From contig CAZMOW010000002.1 in assembly GCA_964567975.1 (NCBI GenBank), forward strand, positions 1,519 to 65,518: DNA of 64,000 bases, in the 5' to 3' direction. Of the stretch, positions 38,468 to 48,604 are shown in pieces (positions within the stretch are counted from its first letter, which is position 1; the number at the start of each line of letters is the position of its first letter). A program made the position numbers and the translations under genes. The DNA comes from an uncultured Anaerolineales bacterium (GTDB lineage: Bacteria > Chloroflexota > Anaerolineae > UBA1429). The notes below the pieces were generated by a model. That model saw only the letters and a list, made by a program, of their open reading frames with translations, did not search any database and had not been told where the DNA came from.

Positions 38468-38557
38468 AGAGCCTCCTCTTCTCTAAATCGAGTTATGGCT
38501 TCATGACAGATCGAGGCTTATTATAGGGCAGTTGGCGGGCAGGGACAATTCACTCTC

Positions 38558-39994
38558 TCACTCCACCACGTACACACGCATCAGGTTCGTCGTGCCGGGC
38601 TCGGAGCGAGCGGCCCCGGCGGTGATAACCAGCGTGTCCCCCGCGTGGACGATCCCCTCTTCCCGCGCCGCCGCCACCGCGCGGTCTATCATCTCATCGG
38701 TATCGTCGGCGCGGGGAGCCAGTAGTGGTGTCACGCCCCAATAGAGCATGAGGCGGCGCTGTACCCCGGGATCGGGCGTGACGGCCACGATGGGCGAGCG
38801 GGGGCGATAGTGGGACATGATACAGGCAGTGTGCCCCGAGGCCGTGGGCGTCACGATGGCGGCGGCCTGCAGATCGCGGGCAGCCTGCTGGGCGGCGCGG
38901 CCCACCGCATCGGCGATAAAGCGATTCAGGTCCTCCTCTGAGGAAGAAAAGGCAGGCACCTCCATCGCCGGCCGCTCGGCCTCCACCTCGCGGATGATAT
39001 CCATCATGGTCCTCACGGACTCGATGGGGTAGGTGCCGATGGCCGTCTCCCCCGAGAGCATCACGGCGTCGGTACCGTCCAGGATGGCGTTGGCCACGTC
39101 AGAGGCCTCGGCGCGGGTGGGGCGGGGATTACGGATCATGGAATCGAGCATCTGCGTGGCCGTGATCACGGGGACGCCCCTTTCGTTGCAGACCTCGATG
39201 ATGTGTTTCTGGGCCATGGGCACTCTTTGTGGAGGGATCTCGATGCCCAGGTCGCCCCGCGCCACCATGACCGCGTCGGCGACATCGATGATGGCCTCGA
39301 TGTTGTCCAGCGCCTGGGGCTTTTCGATCTTGGCCATCACCGGCAAGGGATCGCGTTCGGGGGCCAGGTCGCGGATGAGCGCCTTCAACTGGTGGATGTC
39401 GTCGGCCGTGCGCACAAAGGAGAGGGCGATCCAGTCGATCTCCCAGGTCAGAGCATGGGCCAGATCACGACGATCCTTCTCCGTGATGCTGGGCAGATTG
39501 GCCGCTATGCCGGGCAGGTTGATGCCCTTGTTGCTCTTGAGCACGCCGCCCACCCTCACCCGGGCCCGCACTGCGCCCTCTGTGGTGGAGAGGACGCGCA
39601 GTTCCATGGTGCCGTCGTCGAGCAGTATCTGATCCCCCGCTGCCACTATTTGGGGCAGTTCCTCGTTCTGCACGGGGATGGCCTCCGGCGCCCGCCCCAC
39701 AATGTCATCGGTGACCAGGGTCACCTTCTCCCCCTCGCACAGGGGGACGCCCTCCTCCTCCATCTCCCCCACGCGCAGTTTGGGGCCCTGCAGATCGACC
39801 TGGATGGCCACGGGCCGCCCCACGTCGCCGGCGGCGGCGCGTATGCGCCTCACATTCTCCGCGTGAACGGCCGGCTCCCCATGGGAAAAGTTCAGCCGGG
39901 CCATATCCATGCCCTCACGTATCAACTGACGCAGCATCTCTGGCCCTCGGGTGGCCGGCCCGATGGTGGCCACGATCTTGGTTCTGGGTCTCAT
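38558..39994 (-). CDS. pyk: Pyruvate kinase
   Basis: N-terminus TKIVATIGPA and MARLNFSHG. K+/Mg-binding MVARGDLG. C-terminal domain present. Confidence 0.9.
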   Translation of the reverse strand: MRPRTKIVATIGPATRGPEMLRQLIREGMDMARLNFSHGEPAVHAENVRRIRAAAGDVGRPVAIQVDLQGPKLRVGEMEEEGVPLCEGEKVTLVTDDIVGRAPEAIPVQNEELPQIVAAGDQILLDDGTMELRVLSTTEGAVRARVRVGGVLKSNKGINLPGIAANLPSITEKDRRDLAHALTWEIDWIALSFVRTADDIHQLKALIRDLAPERDPLPVMAKIEKPQALDNIEAIIDVADAVMVARGDLGIEIPPQRVPMAQKHIIEVCNERGVPVITATQMLDSMIRNPRPTRAEASDVANAILDGTDAVMLSGETAIGTYPIESVRTMMDIIREVEAERPAMEVPAFSSSEEDLNRFIADAVGRAAQQAARDLQAAAIVTPTASGHTACIMSHYRPRSPIVAVTPDPGVQRRLMLYWGVTPLLAPRADDTDEMIDRAVAAAREEGIVHAGDTLVITAGAARSEPGTTNLMRVYVVE

Positions 39995-40336
39995 AGGTCG
40001 ATTTTCCTCCCCGATGATTCTGTAGGATCAGATTCGCCTTTCGCAGGCAGAAAATGGGTTCGTTTCGTAAAAACAGTTTCAGCCTACAACAGGTAGTGTG
40101 GGCCGATTTTGAGACGGATGACGGAAACGAACATACCCTCAGTCGATGACAGAACATCTGTTCTATTATACTGCGGTATCTGCAGGCTGTCAAGAAAGAT
40201 GGGAAAGTAACTTGCCTGGGAATCGAAATCCCAGGCTGCTAAAGGCAGGTTGTGCGGCGCTCTCCTGCAACGTCTTTCCGCGGTGGAATATGTGTCAACC
40301 CATCAGCCCTGCGCGGTCTTTCGCTCGCCCTCGCAG

Positions 40337-40363
40337 AACCCGTTTCCAACGGGTTTTCTTTGG
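40337..40363 (+). terminator. Orphan rho-independent terminator (8-bp stem aacccgtt/aacgggtt, loop tcc, then UUCUUUGG tract) on the plus strand
   Basis: Hairpin and U-tract were read directly. No plus-strand gene is annotated upstream within the 470-bp intergenic region. Confidence 0.4.
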
Positions 40364-40471
40364 CAGACGTGGATTTTAATCCTCGGCTGAGGCCTGTGAA
40401 GAATTGCACTAAGGGTCGGAACGGCTTTCCGACCTACGTCTGTGCAAATATAAAGAATTGCGCAGCAATCC

Positions 40472-41347
40472 TCATACCTCCACCCCCAAAAAGATGCGGA
40501 CGAGAAAGCCGATGACAAAGCTCAGGCCGGCCACGCCCAGGCTCACCCCCGCCATCTCTAAAAAGCGCTCCTTGAACTGTACGTCGGTGGCCACGGAGAC
40601 GTAATAGTTGAAAAAGGCGATCACGGCCACGGCTACGCCCAGGGTGCAGGCCAGACAGAGGTAGTAATTGTTGAGCAGCAGGTAGGGCAGGATGAGGAGA
40701 AAGACGGTGATGATATAGGCGCCGCCGGTGTAGAGTGCGGCGCGCAGGGGGTGCTTGTCCGCATCCTCCTCCGACTTGGTGGCCAGGTACTCGGAGGCGC
40801 CCATGGAGAGGGCCGCGGCGATGCCCGTGATGAGCCCCGTCAGGGCGATGAGAGCCGTGTCCTGCAGGGCCAGGGTGAACCCAGCCAGGGCGCCCGTGAG
40901 CTCTACCAGGGCGTCGTTGAGGCCCAGCACGATGGAGCTCGTGTAGCGCAGGCGCTCCTCGTCCAGGATATCCAGCAAAGCCTCCTCGTGCTCGTTCTCC
41001 TCTTGCATGATGGACTCTGCCTCGGGGATGGCCTCGATAAGTTGGCCATAGTTCTCCTGCGCGCTCTCCTCGCCTTTTTCCATCAACTTGGCCGCAAAGG
41101 TAAAGCCGAGGAGGCGGCTGATTAGTTCGTACTCTTCTATCTTCCAGCGATTGGGCTTGACCTCCTCGCCGGTATATCTGCTCCAGTCGTCATAGTGACG
41201 GCGCTCCTCGGCGGCGATTTTGGTCAGGACGTGGCTGTTCTGTGGCGATTTGACGCGCTTGGCCAGGCGGCGATAGATATAGTGCTCGGTGATCTCGTTC
41301 TCCTGAAAGATCAGGAGCTGCTCCTTGCGTTCCTGGGAGATGGTCAT
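40472..41347 (-). CDS. VIT1/CCC1 family iron/manganese transporter with N-terminal ferritin-like (rubrerythrin-type) domain
   Basis: The start was set at the internal ATG M35 of ORF 40472..41449, opening a 291-aa product (MTISQERKEQL). N-terminal EERRHY and ENEHE diiron-like motifs. C-terminal five TM helices with GASEYLA. Confidence 0.75.
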   Translation of the reverse strand: MTISQERKEQLLIFQENEITEHYIYRRLAKRVKSPQNSHVLTKIAAEERRHYDDWSRYTGEEVKPNRWKIEEYELISRLLGFTFAAKLMEKGEESAQENYGQLIEAIPEAESIMQEENEHEEALLDILDEERLRYTSSIVLGLNDALVELTGALAGFTLALQDTALIALTGLITGIAAALSMGASEYLATKSEEDADKHPLRAALYTGGAYIITVFLLILPYLLLNNYYLCLACTLGVAVAVIAFFNYYVSVATDVQFKERFLEMAGVSLGVAGLSFVIGFLVRIFLGVEV

Positions 41348-41375
41348 CTTACGCTTTTTGTCTCCTATGCTAAAT

Positions 41376-42566
41376 CTATACAATCCTTCCACCCAGCATG
41401 ATGGTGCGCGGTTCCAGGGTGGCGCGGTCCAGCACCAGCAGGTCCGCATAGCACCCCGCTGCCAGGCGGCCCACGTCGTCTTCCACGCCCAGGATGCGCG
41501 CGGGGGTCTCGGTGGCCATCAGCAGCCCCTCTCGCAGGGAAAGGCCCACCACCTGCACGATCTGCTGCAGGCACTGTTGCATGGTGCTGATGGAGCCGGC
41601 AAAGGCCTTGCCGTCGGGCATGACGGCCACGCCGCCCCCCTCTTCCACGATGGCTTTGACGCCCGCGATCTCGTACTCCCCCGGTCCCTGGCCCGAGGCC
41701 CTCATGGCGTCGCTGACGAGGCAGAGCCGTTCCGGGCCTTTCATGCGGTAGGCCATGCGCATCAGACTGGTGGGCAGATGGTAGCCGTCGGCGATGATCT
41801 CCCCGGTGAGTCCCTCCTCCACCAGGGCGGCCTCCAGCATCCCCGCCACGCGCTTGGGGCCCATGCGCCGCACGGTGGGCATACAACTCCACAGGTGGGT
41901 GACGTGGTGCATGCCCGCGCGCATGGCCATGCAGGTCTCCTCGTACAGGGCGTCCGAGTGCCCACCAGAGATCAGCACGCCCTCGTGGCTCAGATGGCGG
42001 ATGATCTCCAGGGCGCCCTCGCGCTCCGGGGCGATGGTCAGGCGGGACAGGTCACCGGCATAGCCGTAGAGCCTTTCACGTTCCGCCGCCGTGGGCATAC
42101 GCAGCAGTTCGGGGGCATGGCTGCCCCGCTGCTCCAGCGAAAAAAAGGGCCCCTCCATGTGGATGCCCAGGGTTCGCGCCTCGTCCTTCTGGCGCTCGTC
42201 CATCACCTGACGGATGCCATCAAAGGCCTGCCAGATGTGGGGTAGAGGCGCGCTGGCTGTGGTGGCCAGGTAGCTGGTCGTGCCCGCACGAAGATGACGG
42301 CGGGCCACGGTGCGCACGGCCTCGGGGGTGCCGTCGTTGCAGTCGGCCCCGTCACCGCCGTGGAGGTGGATATCCACCAGGCCGGGGCAGACGACGCCCC
42401 CCGAGGCGTCTATGCGCTCCGTTCCCTCTGGCAGCGGCACCTGTCGGGGGGTGCCCACGTCCACGATGCGCTCCCCCTCTATCAGCACGACGCCATGGGG
42501 TATGAGGCGTCGCGGCGTGTAGACGGTGCCGTTGATGACGGCTTTCATGTCCGATTGTTGATCCAT
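41376..42566 (-). CDS. nagA: N-acetylglucosamine-6-phosphate deacetylase
   Basis: DIHLHGG metal-binding motif and amidohydrolase fold. The start is uncertain (ATG at 42566 or 42548). Confidence 0.8.
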   Translation of the reverse strand: MDQQSDMKAVINGTVYTPRRLIPHGVVLIEGERIVDVGTPRQVPLPEGTERIDASGGVVCPGLVDIHLHGGDGADCNDGTPEAVRTVARRHLRAGTTSYLATTASAPLPHIWQAFDGIRQVMDERQKDEARTLGIHMEGPFFSLEQRGSHAPELLRMPTAAERERLYGYAGDLSRLTIAPEREGALEIIRHLSHEGVLISGGHSDALYEETCMAMRAGMHHVTHLWSCMPTVRRMGPKRVAGMLEAALVEEGLTGEIIADGYHLPTSLMRMAYRMKGPERLCLVSDAMRASGQGPGEYEIAGVKAIVEEGGGVAVMPDGKAFAGSISTMQQCLQQIVQVVGLSLREGLLMATETPARILGVEDDVGRLAAGCYADLLVLDRATLEPRTIMLGGRIV

Positions 42567-42576
42567 CGTCCGCCCA

Positions 42577-43284
42577 CTATGAGGACTGGGGCTCGGCACC
42601 CAGGTCCTGGATCAGCTCCTCCACATCCTCGGCGGTTATGATCTCCAACGCCTGCAGTATGCGGGCCACGAGCACTGCCTCGGGAACGGCGCCCTCCACG
42701 GGGATCTCTTCGTTGATGATGGTCTTGGGCACGCCCTGTACCCGATATTTGTTGGCCAGTTGGGGAAACTCGGTGGCCTCCACCATGTCGGCCTGGATCC
42801 ACTCGTTGGCCACGGCCATGCTGTGGGCCAGGCGCACGGCCCCTGGGCAGTAGGGGCAGGTGGGGGTGATAAAGACCTGCATGTGCACCGGCTCCACGAT
42901 CTCCTTGAGGGCCTCCCGCGTCTCCTCGGCCAGGTCGCTCGTGCCCTGGGACACGTCCACCATGGCCTCTATCAGGGAGGTGAACTCGTAGCCAGAGGGG
43001 ATGCCGAAAAAGCGCACCCCATAGTCCGCGTCGCTCATGACCACCGTGGCCGGTATCTTGTCGATGCCGTATTCCTCGGCCACGTCCTCATCCTCGACAA
43101 AGCTATATATCTGCAACTCCACCTTGTCCGAGAGGGAGGCCACCTCGCGCAGCACCTCCTCCGTTTCCGTGCAGAACTGACACGCCGTCTCCTGGGTAAA
43201 GTACAGGAGTGTGACGGGTGAGAAGAGCGAGTCTTCCAGGTGATCCTCTACGACTTGGCGATCCTCATCATCCAGTAGGGCCAT
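42577..43284 (-). CDS. Thioredoxin-fold protein disulfide oxidoreductase (glutaredoxin-like, two Trx units)
   Basis: Two CxxC motifs (CQFC and CPYC) in tandem thioredoxin folds, as in archaeal and thermophile PDO proteins. Confidence 0.7.
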   Translation of the reverse strand: MALLDDEDRQVVEDHLEDSLFSPVTLLYFTQETACQFCTETEEVLREVASLSDKVELQIYSFVEDEDVAEEYGIDKIPATVVMSDADYGVRFFGIPSGYEFTSLIEAMVDVSQGTSDLAEETREALKEIVEPVHMQVFITPTCPYCPGAVRLAHSMAVANEWIQADMVEATEFPQLANKYRVQGVPKTIINEEIPVEGAVPEAVLVARILQALEIITAEDVEELIQDLGAEPQSS

Positions 43285-43294
43285 GGGATACCTC

Positions 43295-45019
43295 CTATTT
43301 CTCTATGGTGGCTTTTTGCTCGTTTATCTCGCGAATGTGTTGTGGATCGAATTTGGGCTGGCGGTCGTAGGTGTACAGGCCGTTCACCTCCTGCTCGATG
43401 TCGTACAGTTGGGTGTAGCAGAGGGCGCAGATGCGCGGGTGCTGCAGGAGGGTCTCCGTCAGGCCCCGATAGCGGGCCAGAAATTCTCCCTCTGCCCGCG
43501 GCCGGTCGCCATAGCCCCAGGCTCTGTCGCCCTGCTGGCCCGGGTTCCACCAGATGCCGCCGTATTCGCTGACAAAATAGGGTTGCCCCTGATAAGGGGC
43601 ATCCAGTTCCGGGCGATTGCGAAAGGGTTCCCCGCCCCTGGCCAGGTCGGCAAAGAGCCGCCCAAAGGTTTCCACGTCCTGCTCGTAGGTGTGCACGTCG
43701 TAGACGTCCGTCTCCACGTGCTGGTAGCCGCTGGTGTCTATGGCCGGCCGCGTGGGGTCAAAGGCCTTGGTCAGGCGGTGGATCTGTCGTATCACCTCCG
43801 GGTCCTGATCCCTCTGGGTCTCGTTAAAGGGGCACCAGCCGACGACGGAGGGATGGTTATAGTCGCGCCGGAGCACCTCCATCCACTGGGGCATCATGAT
43901 CTCCAGGGCTACTGCCTGGCTGACGTCCAGGCCCCAGTTGGGGAACTCGTCCCACACCAGGTAACCCTCGCGGTCCGCCCAGTAGAGGAAACGGGGCTCG
44001 AACACCTTTTGATGGAGCCGGGCGCCGTCGAATCCCAGGCTCTGGGCGATGAGGATGTCGTCGTGGAGAGCCTGGTCCGAGGGGGCCGTATAGATGCCTG
44101 TGGGATAGAACCCCTGGTCCAACACCAGGCGCTGAAAGAGGGGCTCGCCGTTGAGCAGGATCGCCCGGTCCGAGAGGGAGACGGAGCGCATGCCAAAATA
44201 ACTCTCCACCACGTCCTTGCTGCCATCCTCGGCGCGCACGGTCAGGGTGAGGTCGTAGAGGGTGGGGTGTCCCGGCGCCCAGAGTTCCATCTCCTGGAGA
44301 GGTAGGGTGACGGCGGCGTGATGTCCCGCAAAGGGTATCTCCACATCGCCCACCGGCTCCCCTTCCAGCGTGGCGTGGGCGGAAAGGGTGCCCCGCGAGG
44401 GGTCCCCGCCCAGGGTGGCCTCGATGAGCAGCGTCTCGTCCGCCAGGTTCGGCGTCAGGCGCATATCCTGGATATAGGTCTGGGGCACCGGCTCCAGCCA
44501 CACCGTCTGCCAGATGCCCGTGGTGCGCGTATAGTGGCAGCGGCGCGAATGATAATCGGGGCACTGCTTGCCGCTGGCTATCAGGCTGGACCGCGTCTCA
44601 TCCTGGGCGTGGATGACGAGGTTGTTGTCTCCCCGTCGCAGGTGGGGGGTGATATCGAAGGAAAAGGGCGTGTACCCTCCCCTGTGCATTCCCACCAGAT
44701 CGCCGTCCAACCATACATGGGCATCGTGATCCACCGCCCCCAGATGCAGGAGGACGCGCGCCTGCGCCCAATCGGAGGGGATGGACACCTCTCGACGATA
44801 CCAGACGCCGGGATGAAAATCGACGTCGCCGATGCCCGAGCGTTCGCTCTCGGGGCAAAAGGGCACCACGATCTCGTCTGACAGACGGTCCGCCCCCGGC
44901 AGCCCCCGCTCCCTGCCGCTGAGGCCGGGATCGCGGGCGAATTCCCAGGGACCGTTCAGGTTCAGCCATTCGGGGCGTACCTGTTGGGGACGCGGATATT
45001 CGGGACGGGGAACGTTCAT
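43295..45019 (-). CDS. Glycoside hydrolase family 2 (beta-galactosidase/beta-mannosidase-like)
   Basis: Sugar-binding N-domain (WEFARDP), an Ig-like domain, and a TIM barrel with NEP and catalytic E motifs. Confidence 0.8.
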   Translation of the reverse strand: MNVPRPEYPRPQQVRPEWLNLNGPWEFARDPGLSGRERGLPGADRLSDEIVVPFCPESERSGIGDVDFHPGVWYRREVSIPSDWAQARVLLHLGAVDHDAHVWLDGDLVGMHRGGYTPFSFDITPHLRRGDNNLVIHAQDETRSSLIASGKQCPDYHSRRCHYTRTTGIWQTVWLEPVPQTYIQDMRLTPNLADETLLIEATLGGDPSRGTLSAHATLEGEPVGDVEIPFAGHHAAVTLPLQEMELWAPGHPTLYDLTLTVRAEDGSKDVVESYFGMRSVSLSDRAILLNGEPLFQRLVLDQGFYPTGIYTAPSDQALHDDILIAQSLGFDGARLHQKVFEPRFLYWADREGYLVWDEFPNWGLDVSQAVALEIMMPQWMEVLRRDYNHPSVVGWCPFNETQRDQDPEVIRQIHRLTKAFDPTRPAIDTSGYQHVETDVYDVHTYEQDVETFGRLFADLARGGEPFRNRPELDAPYQGQPYFVSEYGGIWWNPGQQGDRAWGYGDRPRAEGEFLARYRGLTETLLQHPRICALCYTQLYDIEQEVNGLYTYDRQPKFDPQHIREINEQKATIEK

Positions 45020-45193
45020 GCTCTGACTGTCCTTTCCGTTGCCATCATCTTTCCAGGATGCAGGCTATTGTAGAATGCCGCCTTTGACGTGTCAACCTAC
45101 GGCGAGGTTCGGCATCGCTTTGACCGTTGGCCTTTTCCTATTACACTGAAGGGGAGGTGTTTCTTTGTAAAAGTCAATCGTCTGTAAATCTGT

Positions 45194-45982
45194 GTGGCAC
45201 ATATAAAGGAGTGTATGCTGGAAGTAGCGATCCGGGCGGTCCGCGAGGTGGGAGAGATACTGTTGGATGGCTTGGGGGATTCTCACGAGATCACCGTCAA
45301 GGGAGTGCGGGATATCGCCACAGAGGTGGATCTCCGGGCCGAGCGGACGGCCATCGAGATCATAAAAAAGGGCTGTCCCCAGGCGCGCATCGTGGCCGAG
45401 GAATCGAGCGATAAGCGCGTGGAGGAAGAGGACGGCCCCACCTGGTACATAGATCCCCTGGACGGGACCACCAACTATGCGCGGGGTATGCCCACCTTCA
45501 GTTGTTCCGTGGCCATGGTGCAGGAGGGGGAGGTGCAGTGCGGCGCCGTCTACGATCCACAACTGGATCATCTGTTCTATGCTCAGCGCGGTGAGGGAAG
45601 TTTTCTCAACGGCCAGCGCCTGCACGTCAGCAGACGGGACAGGCTGATGGAGAGCATCCTTCTCCTGGACTGGCCCCGGGATCAGTCATACCGCGAGCAG
45701 AGCGCCCGCTTTTTGTGCAAACTGGTCCCCAGGGTGGGGACCGTGCGCTCTCGGGGCAGCGCGGCCCTCAGTTTCTGTTACGTGGCCGTCGGCTGGGCCG
45801 ACGTCTACTATCAGTTTACCCTCTATCCCTGGGATGTGGCCGCCGGGCTGCTCATCGTCGAGGAGGCGGGGGGTGCCGTCACGAATCTGCGGGGCGAGGC
45901 ATACGACCTCCACGGTCTCGATTGGCTGGCCTCCAACGGGCTGCTCCACAAGCATGTGCTGGCCTTTGAGCCCTACGGATAG
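45194..45982 (+). CDS. Inositol monophosphatase family protein
   Basis: Contains DPLDGT and WDVAAG motifs. The start is ambiguous (GTG at 45194 or ATG at 45215). Confidence 0.8.
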   Translation: MAHIKECMLEVAIRAVREVGEILLDGLGDSHEITVKGVRDIATEVDLRAERTAIEIIKKGCPQARIVAEESSDKRVEEEDGPTWYIDPLDGTTNYARGMPTFSCSVAMVQEGEVQCGAVYDPQLDHLFYAQRGEGSFLNGQRLHVSRRDRLMESILLLDWPRDQSYREQSARFLCKLVPRVGTVRSRGSAALSFCYVAVGWADVYYQFTLYPWDVAAGLLIVEEAGGAVTNLRGEAYDLHGLDWLASNGLLHKHVLAFEPYG

Positions 45983-46120
45983 TTACTCCATGCAGTACCC
46001 CTCCCCCTCTGCCATCATATGGAGAGGGGGAGGGGAGGCCCACCGCGGGTGGGTCGGAGTGGGGGTGAGGCCCTTGGTCAGAACATTCTGTGACCTGCAG
46101 CGGCGCCGCGCTTTGCCCCG

Positions 46121-47245
46121 CTACTGCTCCTGCTTGACCCCCTCAAACAGGGCCACCACCTCTTCCAGGCGTTCGGGGATGGGAATGCCCGCCGGGCACT
46201 CTTCTACGCAGCTCTCACAGGCGATGCATTCCTTGGGAGAGACCTCCAACGACTCATAGATCTCCAGTCCCATGTCGCGGGTATCCTCCGAATACTGCCT
46301 GTACACGTATTCGGCACGGAAGGCGTCGGGGATGGGAATGTCCTGGGGGCAGACCGAGAGACAATAGCCGCAGCGCAGGCAATCCTGTTCGTATTTGTAG
46401 GTGGTCTGCAGGTCGGCGATGTCCCGGACGAGTTCCCGTTCCTCCTCATCGGTCATGGGCGGCATGTCGCCGATGGGGAGATTTTCCCGCACCTCTCGCA
46501 CGTAGCGCATGCCCGGGATGACCACGTCCACCTGGGGCTGCGAGAGCACGTGGTGAATACTACCCCTGACCACGGGATCGAACCATTCGCCGTTCGAAGC
46601 GCGATGTTTCTCCTCCCGCTCCTCATCGCTCAGGTGCAGGGTCAGCCCGCCGCCAGAGAGGGATTTCATGATAATCACGCCCACGTCATGTTCTTCCGCC
46701 AGATCGAGGATGCCGTTGCTCTTGACTCCCTCCTCGTCCAGGGGATTATACAGCAGCATTATGGTCTCGAATTCCCCCGAGCAGATGGCCTCACGCATAA
46801 CACGCAGGGAGCGGTGGATGCTAATACCTATGTGATCCACCATGCCCTCTTTCCGTGCGCGCTTGGCCGCTGCCAACGCGCCGTCGGGTTGTGTGACCTG
46901 CTGCCACAGATCCCAGTTCATCACGTTGTGCAGCTGCCAGACATCGATCCTGCCGGTCTGCAGTTCGCGCAGGCTGGTCTCCAGGTCGCGCATGGCCCCG
47001 TCGGCGTCGCGGGTGCCCGTCTTGGTGGCCACGTAGCAGTCGTCCCGCCTCTCTTTCAGCACCAGGCCGATCTTGTGCTCGCTGTCGCTATAGTTTCGTG
47101 CCGTGTCGATAAAGTTGATACCATGATCCAGCGCATAGTTGAGGGTCTCGTAGGCCTGTTCCTCGCTCACGTCCGGCAGCTTGATGGCCCCAAAGCCCAT
47201 ATTCGATACTTTTAACCCCGTCTTTCCCAATTCGCGGTATTGCAT
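46121..47245 (-). CDS. Aldo/keto reductase with C-terminal 2x[4Fe-4S] ferredoxin domain
   Basis: N-terminus MQYRELGKTGLKVS (AKR). C-terminal CxxCxxCxxxCP motifs (CLRCGYCLSVCP and CIACESCVEECP). Confidence 0.8.
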   Translation of the reverse strand: MQYRELGKTGLKVSNMGFGAIKLPDVSEEQAYETLNYALDHGINFIDTARNYSDSEHKIGLVLKERRDDCYVATKTGTRDADGAMRDLETSLRELQTGRIDVWQLHNVMNWDLWQQVTQPDGALAAAKRARKEGMVDHIGISIHRSLRVMREAICSGEFETIMLLYNPLDEEGVKSNGILDLAEEHDVGVIIMKSLSGGGLTLHLSDEEREEKHRASNGEWFDPVVRGSIHHVLSQPQVDVVIPGMRYVREVRENLPIGDMPPMTDEEERELVRDIADLQTTYKYEQDCLRCGYCLSVCPQDIPIPDAFRAEYVYRQYSEDTRDMGLEIYESLEVSPKECIACESCVEECPAGIPIPERLEEVVALFEGVKQEQ

Positions 47246-47293
47246 AAGTTCTCCCTTCTCGTCTGCTGTTGGTTCTGAAGAATGGCGTGCTTG

Positions 47294-48526
47294 TTAGGCC
47301 AGGGCCCGCTCCATCTCTGGAAGTTCCTCCTCGTCGGCCCCTTGCGTTTCGATATCGAACGAGGCATAGTCCAGGAACCTGCTCAAACGGCGCGTCTCCT
47401 CGCCCACCAGAGCCACGATGTTGGGCGGCAGCGGTTCGAACAGCCGTACCTGGATGTGGTCGTCTTGAGGTTGGGCATTCCAGATACCCACGATGTACCC
47501 ATCCAACCACACCGTGCCCAGGGGCTCGCCGACCCGATCAAAGACGCGTTCGCGGTATCGTCGGCTGAGGAAGCGGCTCGTGTCGCTGTAAGCCGTGGGA
47601 TATGTGTCGTGTGGTGGCAGTAGCGCCACGTCGTGTTCCTCATACCTGTAGGACTGGAGCGCTTCCACTTCTTCCACGTGCATAAAGAACACTCCCTGGG
47701 ACTTGGCCATCTGTACGCGGGTCAGTTCATCGCCCAAATCCATCAGCGTGCTCACAACTTGGCGCCTGGCGTAACCCCCCAGCCACAACGATATGTCGCC
47801 CACGGTGGCGGGACCAAAAGCCTTTATGTAGCCACTTACAACGTGTCGCAGCGCCCCTTTGGCCGAAAAGGCTTCCAGATCGAGCTGTGGCAACCAGGAG
47901 GAAAGCGCCTCATACGTGTAGAGCTGGCTGCGCCATCCGCCGCGTGGTCTGGCGCGTACCAGTACGCCCTGGGCACACATGGCGGGAATGAGCTGTGTGC
48001 CCAACTTGCTGTAACCCAGTTCCGGGTACTCTGGATCATGGTACACGCGGGTTCCCAGGACGGGCAGGAGCTCTGTTAACTCGGCGATGGTGTGTGCCCC
48101 CTGCGAACTTATTACCTCCAGCACGCGCTGGATTAGCGTCTCGTCGCACAGATCATAGTTGATCTCGCATTCTTGATCCGTCCTGGAAAAAAACTGGCTC
48201 AGATCCTCCAGCCCCTGCTGGAAAAAGGGTTTGGTCACCTGATAATAGGCAGGATAATCCTCCGCAGGTATCAGGTACAATTGCCCCCGTATGCAGGGGA
48301 CGCGCAGCAGAGAGCGCTCCTCATACAGCGCGTCGTGCAGGTCTTTTCGTTTGAAATCCCTCATGCGGGGCCAGAGGGAGAGGTAAGGGACGGTGGGACG
48401 GGCGGCCCCGATGAGCCCTATGTCCTGTGCCAGGGAGGGAACGCTCCTACCCCGGGCTTTTGTCGTCAGGTGTTGCTTGTGAAATAGATAATGGTTAACT
48501 TTGGCTATGGGAAAACGTATGGGCAT
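47294..48526 (-). CDS. Winged-helix DNA-binding domain protein (YcaQ/AlkZ-like, DUF1006)
   Basis: About 410 aa, with architecture consistent with the HTH_42 family. The assignment is tentative. Confidence 0.5.
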   Translation of the reverse strand: MPIRFPIAKVNHYLFHKQHLTTKARGRSVPSLAQDIGLIGAARPTVPYLSLWPRMRDFKRKDLHDALYEERSLLRVPCIRGQLYLIPAEDYPAYYQVTKPFFQQGLEDLSQFFSRTDQECEINYDLCDETLIQRVLEVISSQGAHTIAELTELLPVLGTRVYHDPEYPELGYSKLGTQLIPAMCAQGVLVRARPRGGWRSQLYTYEALSSWLPQLDLEAFSAKGALRHVVSGYIKAFGPATVGDISLWLGGYARRQVVSTLMDLGDELTRVQMAKSQGVFFMHVEEVEALQSYRYEEHDVALLPPHDTYPTAYSDTSRFLSRRYRERVFDRVGEPLGTVWLDGYIVGIWNAQPQDDHIQVRLFEPLPPNIVALVGEETRRLSRFLDYASFDIETQGADEEELPEMERALA

Positions 48527-48604
48527 TTCTCTCCATTCGGATAGGATGCCGATTGTGTTCTTGATGAGCGTGTGATAGATGGTGAATCATTGCCTCGTAG
48601 CCCC

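Noticed and set aside
40146-40379. 77-aa plus-strand ORF in the pyk/VIT1 intergenic region
   Set aside because: It reads through a canonical intrinsic terminator hairpin at 40337-40363 and lacks a RBS. More likely the region is non-coding RNA or UTR.
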